A stretch of 32,000 bases of DNA, from the NCBI RefSeq assembly GCF_900289195.1, contig NZ_OMOH01000001.1, positions 268,706 through 300,705 of the forward strand, in the 5' to 3' direction. This DNA comes from Propionibacterium ruminifibrarum. GTDB lineage: Bacteria > Actinomycetota > Actinomycetes > Propionibacteriales > Propionibacteriaceae. Positions 1 to 8,419 of this stretch are shown in pieces. A program made the translations under genes and the position numbers. The first letter of the stretch is position 1. Every line of letters starts with the position of its first letter. The notes beneath the pieces were generated by a model, which saw nothing but the letters and a program-made list of their open reading frames with translations, had not been told where the DNA came from and made no database searches.

Positions 1-76
1 GACGCGGCATGCCCGGCACCGTCCGGCCGGTGCTCCTGATCCAGCGTCTGGGGCGAGCCTATCGCGACGCCCCGCG

Positions 77-115
77 CAGCCGACAATAAGTGAGGTTCGG
101 CTGGGCTTATTTTTT
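77..115 (+). terminator. possible terminator of a gene running off the 5' edge
   Basis: Stem CAGCCGA (77-83) / TCGGCTG (97-103), or alternatively AATAAG (85-90) / CTTATT (106-111), followed by a T6 run at 110-115. An open high-GC3 frame entering from position 2 stops at TAA 86-88. Confidence 0.35.
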
Positions 116-142
116 CCGCACAGGTTCCCTAGTCTGGTGCTC

Positions 143-961
143 ATGGCTGACAAGAGAACCGAACCCGATACCCCGCTTCCCTTCGCCGACCGGCCGGTGT
201 CCTCCGCGCCCGGGCACTGGGTTCTCGCGCGGGCCGGCAAACGGGTGCTGCGCCCCGGGGGCGCCGCACTGTCATGGCAGATGCTCGACGAGGCCCGGAT
301 CGCAGGCTCTGACATCGTCGAGCTGGCGCCCGGGCTGGGCCGGACGGCCGTCGAGGTGCTCAGGAGGGAGCCGGGCTCCTACACGGCGATCGACCGGGAC
401 CCCGACGCCGTTCAGCGCGTCGCCGCCATCATCGCCGACCGCGGCACCTGTCGGCAGGGCGAGGCCTCCGACACCGGCCTGGACGATGCCTGCGCCGACG
501 TGGTGATCGGCGAGGCGATGCTCACCATGCAGGGCGACAAGGGGAAACGAGCCATCGTCGAGGAGGCTGCGAGGATCCTGCGGCCGGGCGGGCGCTACGC
601 GATCCACGAACTCGGCATCGTCCCCGACGACGTCGACGAGGAGATCTACACCCAGGTGCGCCAGGGGCTGGCCAGGGCCATCCACGTGAATGCCCGGCCG
701 ATGACGGAGAAGTCCTGGCGGGAGCTCTTGGCGGACGCCGGCCTGGTCGTCGACTGGGTGGGCATGGCGCCCATGGCCCTGCTCAAGCCGCGCCGCAATC
801 TTGAGGACGAGGGCGTCCGAGGGGTCCTGCGGATGGCCCGCAACATCCTGGCCGACAAGGAGCTGCGGCAGCGCATCCGGGGCATGGCGGCGACCTTCAG
901 GACCTACGAGGACAGCATGCGCGGCATCGCCGTCGTGGCCCACAAGCCGCTGTCCGGCTGA
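143..961 (+). CDS. class I SAM-dependent methyltransferase
   Basis: ORF 137..961. The translation has VELAPGLGRTAVEVL (glycine-rich SAM-binding loop) and ILRPGGRYAIHE, typical of Methyltransf_11/25-type enzymes. ATG 143 lies 7 nt after TAGTCT (130-135), so a leaderless start at 143 is preferred over GTG 137. Confidence 0.8.
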   Translation: MADKRTEPDTPLPFADRPVSSAPGHWVLARAGKRVLRPGGAALSWQMLDEARIAGSDIVELAPGLGRTAVEVLRREPGSYTAIDRDPDAVQRVAAIIADRGTCRQGEASDTGLDDACADVVIGEAMLTMQGDKGKRAIVEEAARILRPGGRYAIHELGIVPDDVDEEIYTQVRQGLARAIHVNARPMTEKSWRELLADAGLVVDWVGMAPMALLKPRRNLEDEGVRGVLRMARNILADKELRQRIRGMAATFRTYEDSMRGIAVVAHKPLSG

Positions 962-978
962 CCGCTGCCCGATCAGGG

Positions 979-1016
979 GCAGTGGTTCCGTGGTGCTGCC
1001 ACCACGGAACCACTGC
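979..1016. terminator. perfect hairpin between convergent genes (bidirectional terminator candidate)
   Basis: CAGTGGTTCCGTGGTG (980-995), loop CTGC, CACCACGGAACCACTG (1000-1015). This is a 16-17 bp perfect stem between the methyltransferase stop (961) and the permease stop (1042). No U-tract. Confidence 0.6.
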
Positions 1017-1041
1017 GCGCGTCCGAGCGGAGGATCCTCCC

Positions 1042-2772
1042 TCACCCCTCCCGGGAGGAGGCAGCAACGGCAGCCACCGAGGCGAGCACGAGCGCGAGCG
1101 CCGGGGCAAGGACGACCCAAGGTGCTCGTTCCAAGTAGTCGATGCCCTCTGACAACAGCAGGCCCCATTCGGGCGAGGGCGGCTGCGCCCCGAGTCCGAG
1201 GAACCCCAGCGAGGCGAGTTCGAGTGCCCTGCCTGGAAGCCTCAGGACAGCGTGCCGGCCGATCGTCGGCACGACGGCCGGCAGCACACCGAAGAACAGC
1301 TGCCGCGCTTTGCCCACGCCCCACAGCGGTTGCAGCTGGATGTAGGGTCGCGCCCTGACCTCGGCCACGAGATCCGCCGTGTGCGCCGCGAGCGGCGCCC
1401 AGGCGGTGATCGCCACTGCGATGGCAGCGCCCAACCAATTCGGGCCCGTTACCGCGGCAACGAGCAGGCCGACGATCAGTGTCGGCAGCGCGTTGACGAC
1501 CTCGATGAGACCGGTCGCCCAGCGCCCGCACAGGCCGACGAGGATGCCGATGACGAACGTGGCGGCCACCACGAGGACGGCGACCCCCAGTGTCGAGACG
1601 GCGCCGTGGGCGACCCTGGCGAGAACGTCGCGCCCTGAAGCGTCGGCGCCGAGGGGAAGCCCCCAGCTGGGGGCCTGGAGCCTTTCATGGTCGGCGGCGT
1701 AAGGGTCGCGCGGCAGCCCTGCCGCGATGATCAGCCCGAGCAGCCCGGCAGCAACGAGCGCCGTGACACCGGTTCGTCTCGTACCCACCGCCGCAGGTCT
1801 CGGCACGGGAATGGCCCCGCCCCTCAGCGCGGGGCCGAGAATGATCCACCGTCCGACGGCGGCCAGGACGCCGACCACCGCGGCGAGCAGGAGCAGCAGC
1901 ACCATGGCGGCTTGGACCGCAGGCACGTCCTGGGCCGCCGCCGAGCCGAGCATGCTGCGGCCCAGGCCGGGGATGGCGAAGATCTGCTCGACGGCGACCG
2001 CACCGGCCGTCAGGGCGACGATCGACAGGGCGACCTGGGACAGCAGGCCGCTCATCGCGCGTCGCAGGACGGCCAGGCCCAGACTGCGCTCCGGCACACC
2101 GCCCAGCACCCAGGTCCGCACCCAGGGCTCGCTCCACGCCCCCGCCACGGCGTCGGAGAGCAGCCGTCCGAAGTAGGCCCCCGTGGGAACACCCATGGCG
2201 ATGGCCGGCAGCACCGCGTAACGGATGCTCTGCCAGCCGTATGGCGGGAACCAGCCCAACCAGACCGCGAAGCAGATGAGCAGCAGCGAACCAAGCAGAA
2301 AGGTCGGCAGCGAGGACAGTGCAGCCGACCCCAGTCCCGAACCCCGGTTGGGGCGGAAGCGCAGCCCATCGCGCATCGGGCGGATGAGCATCAGTGCGAC
2401 GACGAGCAAGGCCACCACGAGGGACAGGCCCATCAGGGTGAGCGAGACGCTGAACGAGCGAAACAGCCCGGGGCCGAGAGCCTCCCCGGTGATCCAGGAA
2501 CTGCCCAGGTCACCGTGCAGCAGACCGGTCAGCCACTGCCAGAAGATCACCCACGGCCCCCGGTCCAGCCCGAGCTCGGCACGGACCAGTGCCAGGTTCT
2601 CGGGAGTCGCTTCGAGTTCGGCGTACCGCGCGCGCAGGATCGTGTATTCGGCCGAACTGCCACTCAGCCAGGGCATCATGCCGATGAGCAGGATGACCAG
2701 CGCCGTTGCGGTGACACGCGAGGCGGCGAGCACCAGGCCGTTGACCAGGCCCGGCCGAATCGTGCGTCTCAT
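1042..2772 (-). CDS. fused ABC transporter permease (DppB-like plus DppC-like halves)
   Basis: ORF 1042..2829. About 576 aa of polytopic membrane protein, roughly twice the usual permease length, with two tandem permease-like halves. ATG 2772 overlaps the stop of the upstream binding-protein gene (ATGA), so it is preferred over the 2829 start. Confidence 0.8.
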   Translation of the reverse strand: MRRTIRPGLVNGLVLAASRVTATALVILLIGMMPWLSGSSAEYTILRARYAELEATPENLALVRAELGLDRGPWVIFWQWLTGLLHGDLGSSWITGEALGPGLFRSFSVSLTLMGLSLVVALLVVALMLIRPMRDGLRFRPNRGSGLGSAALSSLPTFLLGSLLLICFAVWLGWFPPYGWQSIRYAVLPAIAMGVPTGAYFGRLLSDAVAGAWSEPWVRTWVLGGVPERSLGLAVLRRAMSGLLSQVALSIVALTAGAVAVEQIFAIPGLGRSMLGSAAAQDVPAVQAAMVLLLLLAAVVGVLAAVGRWIILGPALRGGAIPVPRPAAVGTRRTGVTALVAAGLLGLIIAAGLPRDPYAADHERLQAPSWGLPLGADASGRDVLARVAHGAVSTLGVAVLVVAATFVIGILVGLCGRWATGLIEVVNALPTLIVGLLVAAVTGPNWLGAAIAVAITAWAPLAAHTADLVAEVRARPYIQLQPLWGVGKARQLFFGVLPAVVPTIGRHAVLRLPGRALELASLGFLGLGAQPPSPEWGLLLSEGIDYLERAPWVVLAPALALVLASVAAVAASSREG

Positions 2773-4295
2773 CGGGTCACGTTCGTCCTGCTCGTCACCA
2801 ACAGTCGTTCCTGGGGGTCTCGGGCGCATTCGGCGACCCCGGACCCCTCGCCCTGCAAGCTGCGCTCATGCAGCAGCGGGATGACGGCATCGCGGGCGAG
2901 GACGCCGGCCTCGGCCCGGGCGATCGCGTCCTGACGGTCCTCGCCGGGCTCAATGACGCCAGCCGCGGCGATCAGCTGGTCGACGGCGGAGTCCTTCAGC
3001 AACGGAATGTTGAAGCTACCCTCGGTTCCGAAATCACTGGCCAGGGTCGAGACCGGGTCCCCGGTGTCGATCGTCATGGCACGGGAGAGGATCACGGCGT
3101 CGAAGCCGCCGTCCAGGATCTCCTTGTTCATGTACTGGTACTCACGCACGTCCTGGGTGACGGTGAAACCGGCAGACTCGAGCATCTGCTGAACCTGGAC
3201 GGCCAGTTCGGGCAGTTCGGAACGGTCGCTGTAGGTGGCGAGAGTGACCGCCTGGCCGTTCAGGTCAGTGGCGGCACCCGCCCGCGAGGAGAGCAGGTCA
3301 TCGAAGCCGACGCGTCCACGAGCCTGGGCCGCCCATCCGAGCGCGGGGCCGAACAATCCCTCGGGAAGATCGGCATGCCCCTCGAAGACCTTGTCGATGA
3401 GGGTCTGCGCGTCGATCGCGGCCCGGGCTGCGGCGCGGACGGCCGGGTCGGCGAAGGGACCGGAAGCGGTGTTGAGGTACAGGCTGGTGGTGCGAGAGGT
3501 CCGCACCTCGTGAATGAGTTCCTCGTCGATGCCCCCGAGCTGACCGATCGGTACGGCCTCGGCGATGTCGGCCTCACCGGTGCGCAGGGCCGAGGCCCGG
3601 GCGGTGCCATCCGGCACGAACGTGGCGTCGATACCGGCCAGGAGTGCCTTCTCGCCCCAGTAGTCCTCGTAGCGGTCGAGACTGGCGCTGGCATTGCCGT
3701 TGAGCCCGGCGATCATGAAGGCGCCGGTGCCATAACCGATCGGGTCCGTGGCGTCGGCACCATAGGCGGCGGTGGCCAGCAGGCACAGACTCGGACTCGA
3801 CATGCGATTGGGCAGCAGCGGGTCTGGCGAGGCGGTGGTGACGACAAGCCGGCCGTCCTCGGCGCTGGCGGACAGGCCCACCCCGGTCAGGACCCGCGGG
3901 AGCGGGCTGGCCTCGGCGGCCCTGGTCAACGAGTTCGCAGCGGTTTCGGCGGTGAACGCGGTGCCGTCGTGGAAGCTGACGCCGTCGCGCAGCGTGAAAA
4001 CCCACTCGGTGTCACTGCGCTGCTCCCAGCTGGTGGCCAGGTTGGGTTGGGGCGTGCCCTCCTCGTCCAGGACGGTCAGGCACTCGGCCGCCGACCAGGC
4101 GATGAGCTTGTAGGCGTCGTCCGAGAAGGGTGACAGCGATGAGCGCGGGGCCGACAGGCAGGCGATCCTGATGCGCTCGCTCCGGCTGGAGGACGAGCCC
4201 GTGGAATCGGAGTCGCCGAAGCAGCCGGTCAGGGCCGTACCACTCAGACCTGCCAGGCCGATGGCGCCCAGGAGTGCTCGTCGTGATGTCTTCAT
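2769..4295 (-). CDS. ABC transporter substrate-binding lipoprotein, family 5 (peptide/nickel/opine type)
   Basis: ORF 2769..4541. The internal ATG 4295 is preceded by GAAAGG. The N-terminus MKTSRRALLGAIGLAGLSGTALTGC is a twin-arginine-like signal plus an LTGC lipobox. The ~500-aa periplasmic-binding body is typical of the DppA/OppA/NikA family. The 82 codons upstream are Arg/Pro-rich junk. Confidence 0.8.
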   Translation of the reverse strand: MKTSRRALLGAIGLAGLSGTALTGCFGDSDSTGSSSSRSERIRIACLSAPRSSLSPFSDDAYKLIAWSAAECLTVLDEEGTPQPNLATSWEQRSDTEWVFTLRDGVSFHDGTAFTAETAANSLTRAAEASPLPRVLTGVGLSASAEDGRLVVTTASPDPLLPNRMSSPSLCLLATAAYGADATDPIGYGTGAFMIAGLNGNASASLDRYEDYWGEKALLAGIDATFVPDGTARASALRTGEADIAEAVPIGQLGGIDEELIHEVRTSRTTSLYLNTASGPFADPAVRAAARAAIDAQTLIDKVFEGHADLPEGLFGPALGWAAQARGRVGFDDLLSSRAGAATDLNGQAVTLATYSDRSELPELAVQVQQMLESAGFTVTQDVREYQYMNKEILDGGFDAVILSRAMTIDTGDPVSTLASDFGTEGSFNIPLLKDSAVDQLIAAAGVIEPGEDRQDAIARAEAGVLARDAVIPLLHERSLQGEGSGVAECARDPQERLLVTSRTNVTR

Positions 4296-4411
4296 GAGGA
4301 ACCTTTCGCGTGATGGGGGTTGTGGCGGGCCACCGGCAACAGCGGTGATGGCCCCTGGTCGTTTTGTTGTTCTGGCCAGAGCTTGTGGGGTCTGCGTGTC
4401 GTGTTGCCTGC

Positions 4412-5158
4412 TCAACCCCTGATCCGCGGGACCGCCTCGACGAGGGTGCGCGTCACGGGGTGCTGGGGGTCGTTCATCACGGCAGTCAGGTCGCCGGACT
4501 CGACGATGCGCCCTCGAGCCATGACGAGCAGATAGGTGCACACCCGGTTGACGCCGGACAGGTCATGGCTGACGAGCAGGACGCCGACGCCCTGGGCCCG
4601 CAGCTCGGAAAGCAGGTCCAGTACCTGGAGCCGTAGCGGCGCGTCCAGGCCACTGGTCGGCTCATCGGCCAGCACGTACCTGGGTGCGGTGACGATGGCC
4701 CGGGCGACCGCCACCCGCTGTGCCTCACCGCCCGACAGTCCCGAAGCCCTCTGGGCGATGAGCCGATCGGGCAGTCCGACGCGGTTCAGCGCGGTGCGAA
4801 CCATGGAGTCGTGATCGCCGGTCACGCCGAGCCGCAGCAGCGGTTCACGGACCTGGGAGAGCACCGACCGGCGCGGGTCGAGGCTGCTCGCCGGGTCCTG
4901 CGGGACGAACTGCACGGCGCGCCGGAAGTCACGCAGTGCGCCGCGCGTGACCTCGGCGTCCTCCAGAACCATGCGCCCCGCATCGGGTTCGATGAGTCGG
5001 ATGAGGATGTGCAGCAGGGTCGACTTGCCACTGCCCGAGGGGCCGACGACCCCCAGCCCCTGCCCCGGGAGCAGCTCCAGGTCGACGCCGTCAAGGGCGG
5101 ACACCGCATGGCGTCCGATCCGGTAGGTCTTCGTCAGGGCCTCGGCGGACAGACTCAT
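4412..5158 (-). CDS. ABC transporter ATP-binding protein
   Basis: Walker A GPSGSGKST, signature LSGGEAQR, Walker B VLADEPTSGLD. The start overlaps the upstream ATPase stop (ATGA at 5155-5158). Confidence 0.9.
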   Translation of the reverse strand: MSLSAEALTKTYRIGRHAVSALDGVDLELLPGQGLGVVGPSGSGKSTLLHILIRLIEPDAGRMVLEDAEVTRGALRDFRRAVQFVPQDPASSLDPRRSVLSQVREPLLRLGVTGDHDSMVRTALNRVGLPDRLIAQRASGLSGGEAQRVAVARAIVTAPRYVLADEPTSGLDAPLRLQVLDLLSELRAQGVGVLLVSHDLSGVNRVCTYLLVMARGRIVESGDLTAVMNDPQHPVTRTLVEAVPRIRG

Positions 5159-5898
5159 GAGTCGACCCCGCTCATGGCGCGTGCCGCGGCGACGAGGCGA
5201 CTCACGTAGTCATCGCCGGTGCGGCCCAGCAGGGTGGTGAAGTCCTCGTCGGCCACGATGGTCCCCTCGTGCATGACCAGTGCGCGGTCGCACAGCCCGC
5301 TGGCCAGGGCGACGTCATGGGTGATGAACAACAGTGCGGCCCGGCCCGGGCCGGTCGCGGCGCGCAGGGCCCTGACCACCTCGGCCTGGCTGACGGTGTC
5401 CAGGGCGCTGGTCGGCTCGTCGGCGACGAGGATCCGGGGCCTGCGCAGTACGGCCATGGCCAGGCACACCCGCTGGAGCTGACCGCCGGACAGCTGCATG
5501 GGATAGGAGGCGAGGACGCGGTCGGGATCATCGAAGTCGAGCGCGACGAGCGTCTCGGCGGCGTCACGGTGCTCGTGGCCGGCCAGCCGGAACTGCCTGC
5601 CCACCCTCATGAGCGGGTTCAGCGCGGTGGCCGTGGCCTGGAAGACGGCGGCCATGCCGGCCCTGTCCTGAGGGAGCGTACCGGTGACGTCGACACCCTC
5701 GAACTCAACGACGCCGCTGCGGCTCAGACGCGCATGAAGAGTGCCGAGCAGGGACTCGGCTGTGAGGGACTTGCCCGAGCCGCTTGCGCCGAGCAGCGCC
5801 AGCCGCTCCCCCTCCATCACGGAGAAGCTCACGCCCCTGACCAGCTGTTGCCGACCGGCGGCGACGCGCAGGTCGTGCACGCCGAGGACTTCATTCAC
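5155..5898 (-). CDS. ABC transporter ATP-binding protein
   Basis: Walker A GASGSGKS, signature LSGGQLQR, Walker B ILVADEPTSALD. The ORF track start at 5988 is a TTG with a non-ABC-like 30-aa extension. GTG 5898 (VNEVLGVHDLRV...) lies 6 nt after TATTTT (5910-5905, minus strand), consistent with a leaderless start. Confidence 0.8.
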   Translation of the reverse strand: MNEVLGVHDLRVAAGRQQLVRGVSFSVMEGERLALLGASGSGKSLTAESLLGTLHARLSRSGVVEFEGVDVTGTLPQDRAGMAAVFQATATALNPLMRVGRQFRLAGHEHRDAAETLVALDFDDPDRVLASYPMQLSGGQLQRVCLAMAVLRRPRILVADEPTSALDTVSQAEVVRALRAATGPGRAALLFITHDVALASGLCDRALVMHEGTIVADEDFTTLLGRTGDDYVSRLVAAARAMSGVDS

Positions 5899-6107
5899 TG
5901 GGGGAAAATAACGGCTCCCATCCAGGGCCCTCAAGGCCAGGCTCGCCCCGCACCGGTCGCACCAGCACGCAGGAATGGTCCTCGACAAGGAGCATCACGA
6001 AGAGAGGAGGCCATCATCCGCTGACCTTCTCTCTCGTACCGCTGGCAGAGATCATCAGGAATTACCTAGGGTGGAAACAATCCAACTCGTTTCCGGTGGG
6101 AGCACCC

Positions 6108-7136
6108 ATGAGCAGCAGCCGACCCTTCGACACGGAACTCCCCCTCGTCGCCGCGCCCATGGCGGGCGGCCCCTCCACGACGGCACTGGTCCAGGCAGTG
6201 GCCGGGGCAGGCGGCCTGGGTTTCCTCGCGGCGGGCTACAAGACGCCCGAGCGAATGGCTGAGGAGCTGGACACCGCCAGGGGCTGGGGCGTGCCCTTCG
6301 GGGTCAATCTCTTCGTCCCGAACGACCAGCCCTATGACGAGCAGGCCCTGAACGCGTACGCCGCCGAGCTGGCCGACGAGGCGGCGGCACTGGGCGCCGA
6401 GGTCCGTTTCGCGCCCGGTGCCGACGACGACCACTGGGCCGACAAGATCGCCCTCCTGCTGGATGCCCCCGTCCCGGCCGTCTCGTTCAGTTTCGCGCTG
6501 CCGGACCGCTCCCTCATCGCCGAACTCAAGGGCAGGGGCACCGTCGTGCTGCAGACCGTCACGACCCTGGACGAGGCCAGGGCGGCGCTCGACGCCGGTG
6601 TGGATGCCCTGGTGGTGCAGGGGCCCCGGGCCGGCGGGCACTCGGCGACCTGGACGCCCACCCGGGCGATCGAGGACTTCCCCACCGCACGGATCGTGGC
6701 CCGGATCCGGGCACTGACGAGCGTGCCGATCATCGGCACGGGTGGGGTCGACGGCCCCGGGACGGTGCGCGAGATCATGGCCGCCGGCGCCGACGGCGTC
6801 GCGATCGGCACCCTGCTCGTGCGGGCGGAGGAGTCGGGCGCCTCACCGGTCTACCAGGACGCCCTCGTCAGCGGCGAGTTCACGCGGACGACGATCACCA
6901 GGGCCTTCACCGGAAGACCTGCGCGCGGACTGCACAACGGCTTCATCGAGCGTCACGGCGAGCACGCGCCCACCGCCTACCCGGCCGTCCACCGGATGAC
7001 GAGCCCGATGCGAACCAGGGCGTGGATCACCGGCGACACCGATCGCCTCTCACTGTGGGCCGGCACCGGCTTCGCGAGCGCCCAGGCGGCGCCGACGGCG
7101 CAGATCCTGCACGGTCTCGCATCGCAGCTGCCCTGA
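6108..7136 (+). CDS. nitronate monooxygenase / 2-nitropropane dioxygenase family FMN enzyme (FabK-like)
   Basis: PLVAAPMAGGPSTTALVQAVAGAGGLGFLAAGY and VVQGPRAGGH...IIGTGGV are typical of the NMO TIM-barrel family. ATG 6108 is preceded by GGTGGGAG, so it is preferred over GTG 6096. Confidence 0.8.
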   Translation: MSSSRPFDTELPLVAAPMAGGPSTTALVQAVAGAGGLGFLAAGYKTPERMAEELDTARGWGVPFGVNLFVPNDQPYDEQALNAYAAELADEAAALGAEVRFAPGADDDHWADKIALLLDAPVPAVSFSFALPDRSLIAELKGRGTVVLQTVTTLDEARAALDAGVDALVVQGPRAGGHSATWTPTRAIEDFPTARIVARIRALTSVPIIGTGGVDGPGTVREIMAAGADGVAIGTLLVRAEESGASPVYQDALVSGEFTRTTITRAFTGRPARGLHNGFIERHGEHAPTAYPAVHRMTSPMRTRAWITGDTDRLSLWAGTGFASAQAAPTAQILHGLASQLP

Positions 7137-7176
7137 GAGGCCGGTCGGGCGGGCCGGCGCCGCCGAACGCCGGGCC

Positions 7177-8262
7177 CTACCCGATCCCGGGTCCTCTGCG
7201 ACGCAGAGGAACGCCCGCGGCGTCGAGGTACGGCGTGCCCTCTCCCCGAGCGGAGTCGTCGCCGATGCACACCGTACCGGCCTCTCCCCCGGCGCTCTCG
7301 ATGTGAAAGCCCGAGTCGGTGATCATCGCCAAGTCGTCGCGCCCGGGCTGGCCCTCACTGGTGAGGTAGTCGCCGAGGAAGATCGAGTTCGCCACCTCCA
7401 GGACCAACGGTTGCAGGGTGCGGATGTGGTACTCGCGTCCGGCGGCAGAGCGCACCTCCGCGTCGGGATGGACCAGCCGCACCATCGAGAGGATGCGCAG
7501 GCACCGCTGCGGGGTGAGTTCGCGGTGACCGGCCAGCGACGTGCCCTGGAAGGGCAGCAGGAAGTTGACCGGCACGGAGCCGACACCCATCGCGCGCAGG
7601 GCGAGGACCACGTCGACGAGTTCCTCGTCGCTCTCCCCCATGCCCGCGATGAGTCCGGAGCACGGGCTGATCCCCGCTGCCTGCACGGCGTCCACGGTGG
7701 CGGCGCGGTCGTCGTAGCCGTGGCTCGTGCAGATCTCGTCGTAGTGCGAACGTGCCGTGTTGAGGTTGTGGTTGTAGCGTTCGGCACCCGCCTCGCGCAG
7801 GACGGCCGCCTTGTCCTCGTCGAGCAGCCCGAGACACGCGCAGATGTGCACATCCGGATGCTCACGATGGATGCGGGCGATGATCCGGGCGACCCGGTCG
7901 GTATCGCGTGCGGACGGGCCGCGCCCCGAGGCCACCAGGCAGATCGTCGAGGCCCCGTGCGCGATGCCGGTTCTCACACTCTCATGCACCTGCTCGTCGT
8001 CGATCCAGGTGTACCTGGGTATCGCCGCCGACGAGCCGAGGGCCTGCGAGCAGTAGGAGCAGTTCTCGGGGCACATGCCGGACTTGAGACTGATGAGGTG
8101 GTTGAGTCGCACTCCCGTGCCGAAGAAGTGTCGGCGCACTCGCCCCGCCGCCGCAACGATCGGCAGGGTCATCGCATCGTCGGCGGCCAGGAGCTCCAGG
8201 GCCTGCCCCTTGGAGACCGAGCGTCCTTGCAGCCCTTCTCGGACCATGGCCTCAAGATCCAT
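7177..8262 (-). CDS. bioB: biotin synthase
   Basis: Radical-SAM CPENCSYC (CxxxCxxC), YNHNLNT, and overall BioB-like sequence. ATG 8262 (MDLEAMVREG...) is preceded by GGGAG, so it is preferred over 8334. Confidence 0.9.
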   Translation of the reverse strand: MDLEAMVREGLQGRSVSKGQALELLAADDAMTLPIVAAAGRVRRHFFGTGVRLNHLISLKSGMCPENCSYCSQALGSSAAIPRYTWIDDEQVHESVRTGIAHGASTICLVASGRGPSARDTDRVARIIARIHREHPDVHICACLGLLDEDKAAVLREAGAERYNHNLNTARSHYDEICTSHGYDDRAATVDAVQAAGISPCSGLIAGMGESDEELVDVVLALRAMGVGSVPVNFLLPFQGTSLAGHRELTPQRCLRILSMVRLVHPDAEVRSAAGREYHIRTLQPLVLEVANSIFLGDYLTSEGQPGRDDLAMITDSGFHIESAGGEAGTVCIGDDSARGEGTPYLDAAGVPLRRRGPGIG

Positions 8263-8314
8263 CACGGCTCCCGTTCCTGCCGGAGGGGACCTTCCCAACC
8301 CCGCAGACGCCAAC

Positions 8315-8353
8315 CTACTCGCTGACTTGAACACTGTTCAAGTCAGCGAGTAG
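8315..8353. promoter_or_regulatory. 39-bp perfect palindrome containing a BioQ-type operator core TGAAC-ACT-GTTCA
   Basis: CTACTCGCTGACTTGAACA-C-TGTTCAAGTCAGCGAGTAG, with 19-bp arms. The core TGAAC (8328-8332)-N3-GTTCA (8336-8340) starts 53 nt upstream of the bioB ATG and ends 67 nt downstream of the MFS gene stop. Confidence 0.6.
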
Positions 8354-8419
8354 GGGCGCACCGGCTGCCGGGCATGCGATTGGCCAGGCGGCCGCATCGG
8401 CGCTGCCGTCAGGGACGGA

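Noticed and set aside
1029-1058. Two 12-bp perfect palindromes, GGAGGATCCTCC (1029-1040) and CCTCCCGGGAGG (1047-1058), at the permease 3' end
   Set aside because: They are short GC-rich palindromes overlapping the last codons and the stop. They are plausible chance occurrences or auxiliary to the neighbouring 16-bp terminator hairpin, and there is no independent evidence of function.
272-1531. Long antisense ORFs throughout the window (for example 272..1531, 2868..4133, 7303..8325, 10354..11250, 15740..16801, 18160..19590, 24242..26014, 26640..27713, 27211..28224)
   Set aside because: Each lies opposite a gene with clear family signatures. Their translations are low-complexity (R/G/P/A/D/H-rich). 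High GC suppresses stop codons in non-coding frames.
5899-5988. TTG 5988 start of the first ABC ATPase, and the similar long N-terminal extensions of the SBP (4541), permease (2829), bioB (8334), MetE-like (11775), UPF0182 (22558), PDZ protein (24591) and zincin-like gene (24185)
   Set aside because: The extensions lack homology-like sequence. Internal starts have an SD, a leaderless -10, or ATGA coupling, and they give N-termini typical of the families.
6073-6094. Inverted repeat GGAAAC-N10-GTTTCC just upstream of the nitronate monooxygenase-like gene, and CCATC-ACG-GATGG (9861-9873) upstream of the MFS transporter
   Set aside because: Arms of only 5-6 bp are too short to distinguish from chance without conservation data. 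They are noted as possible operators only.
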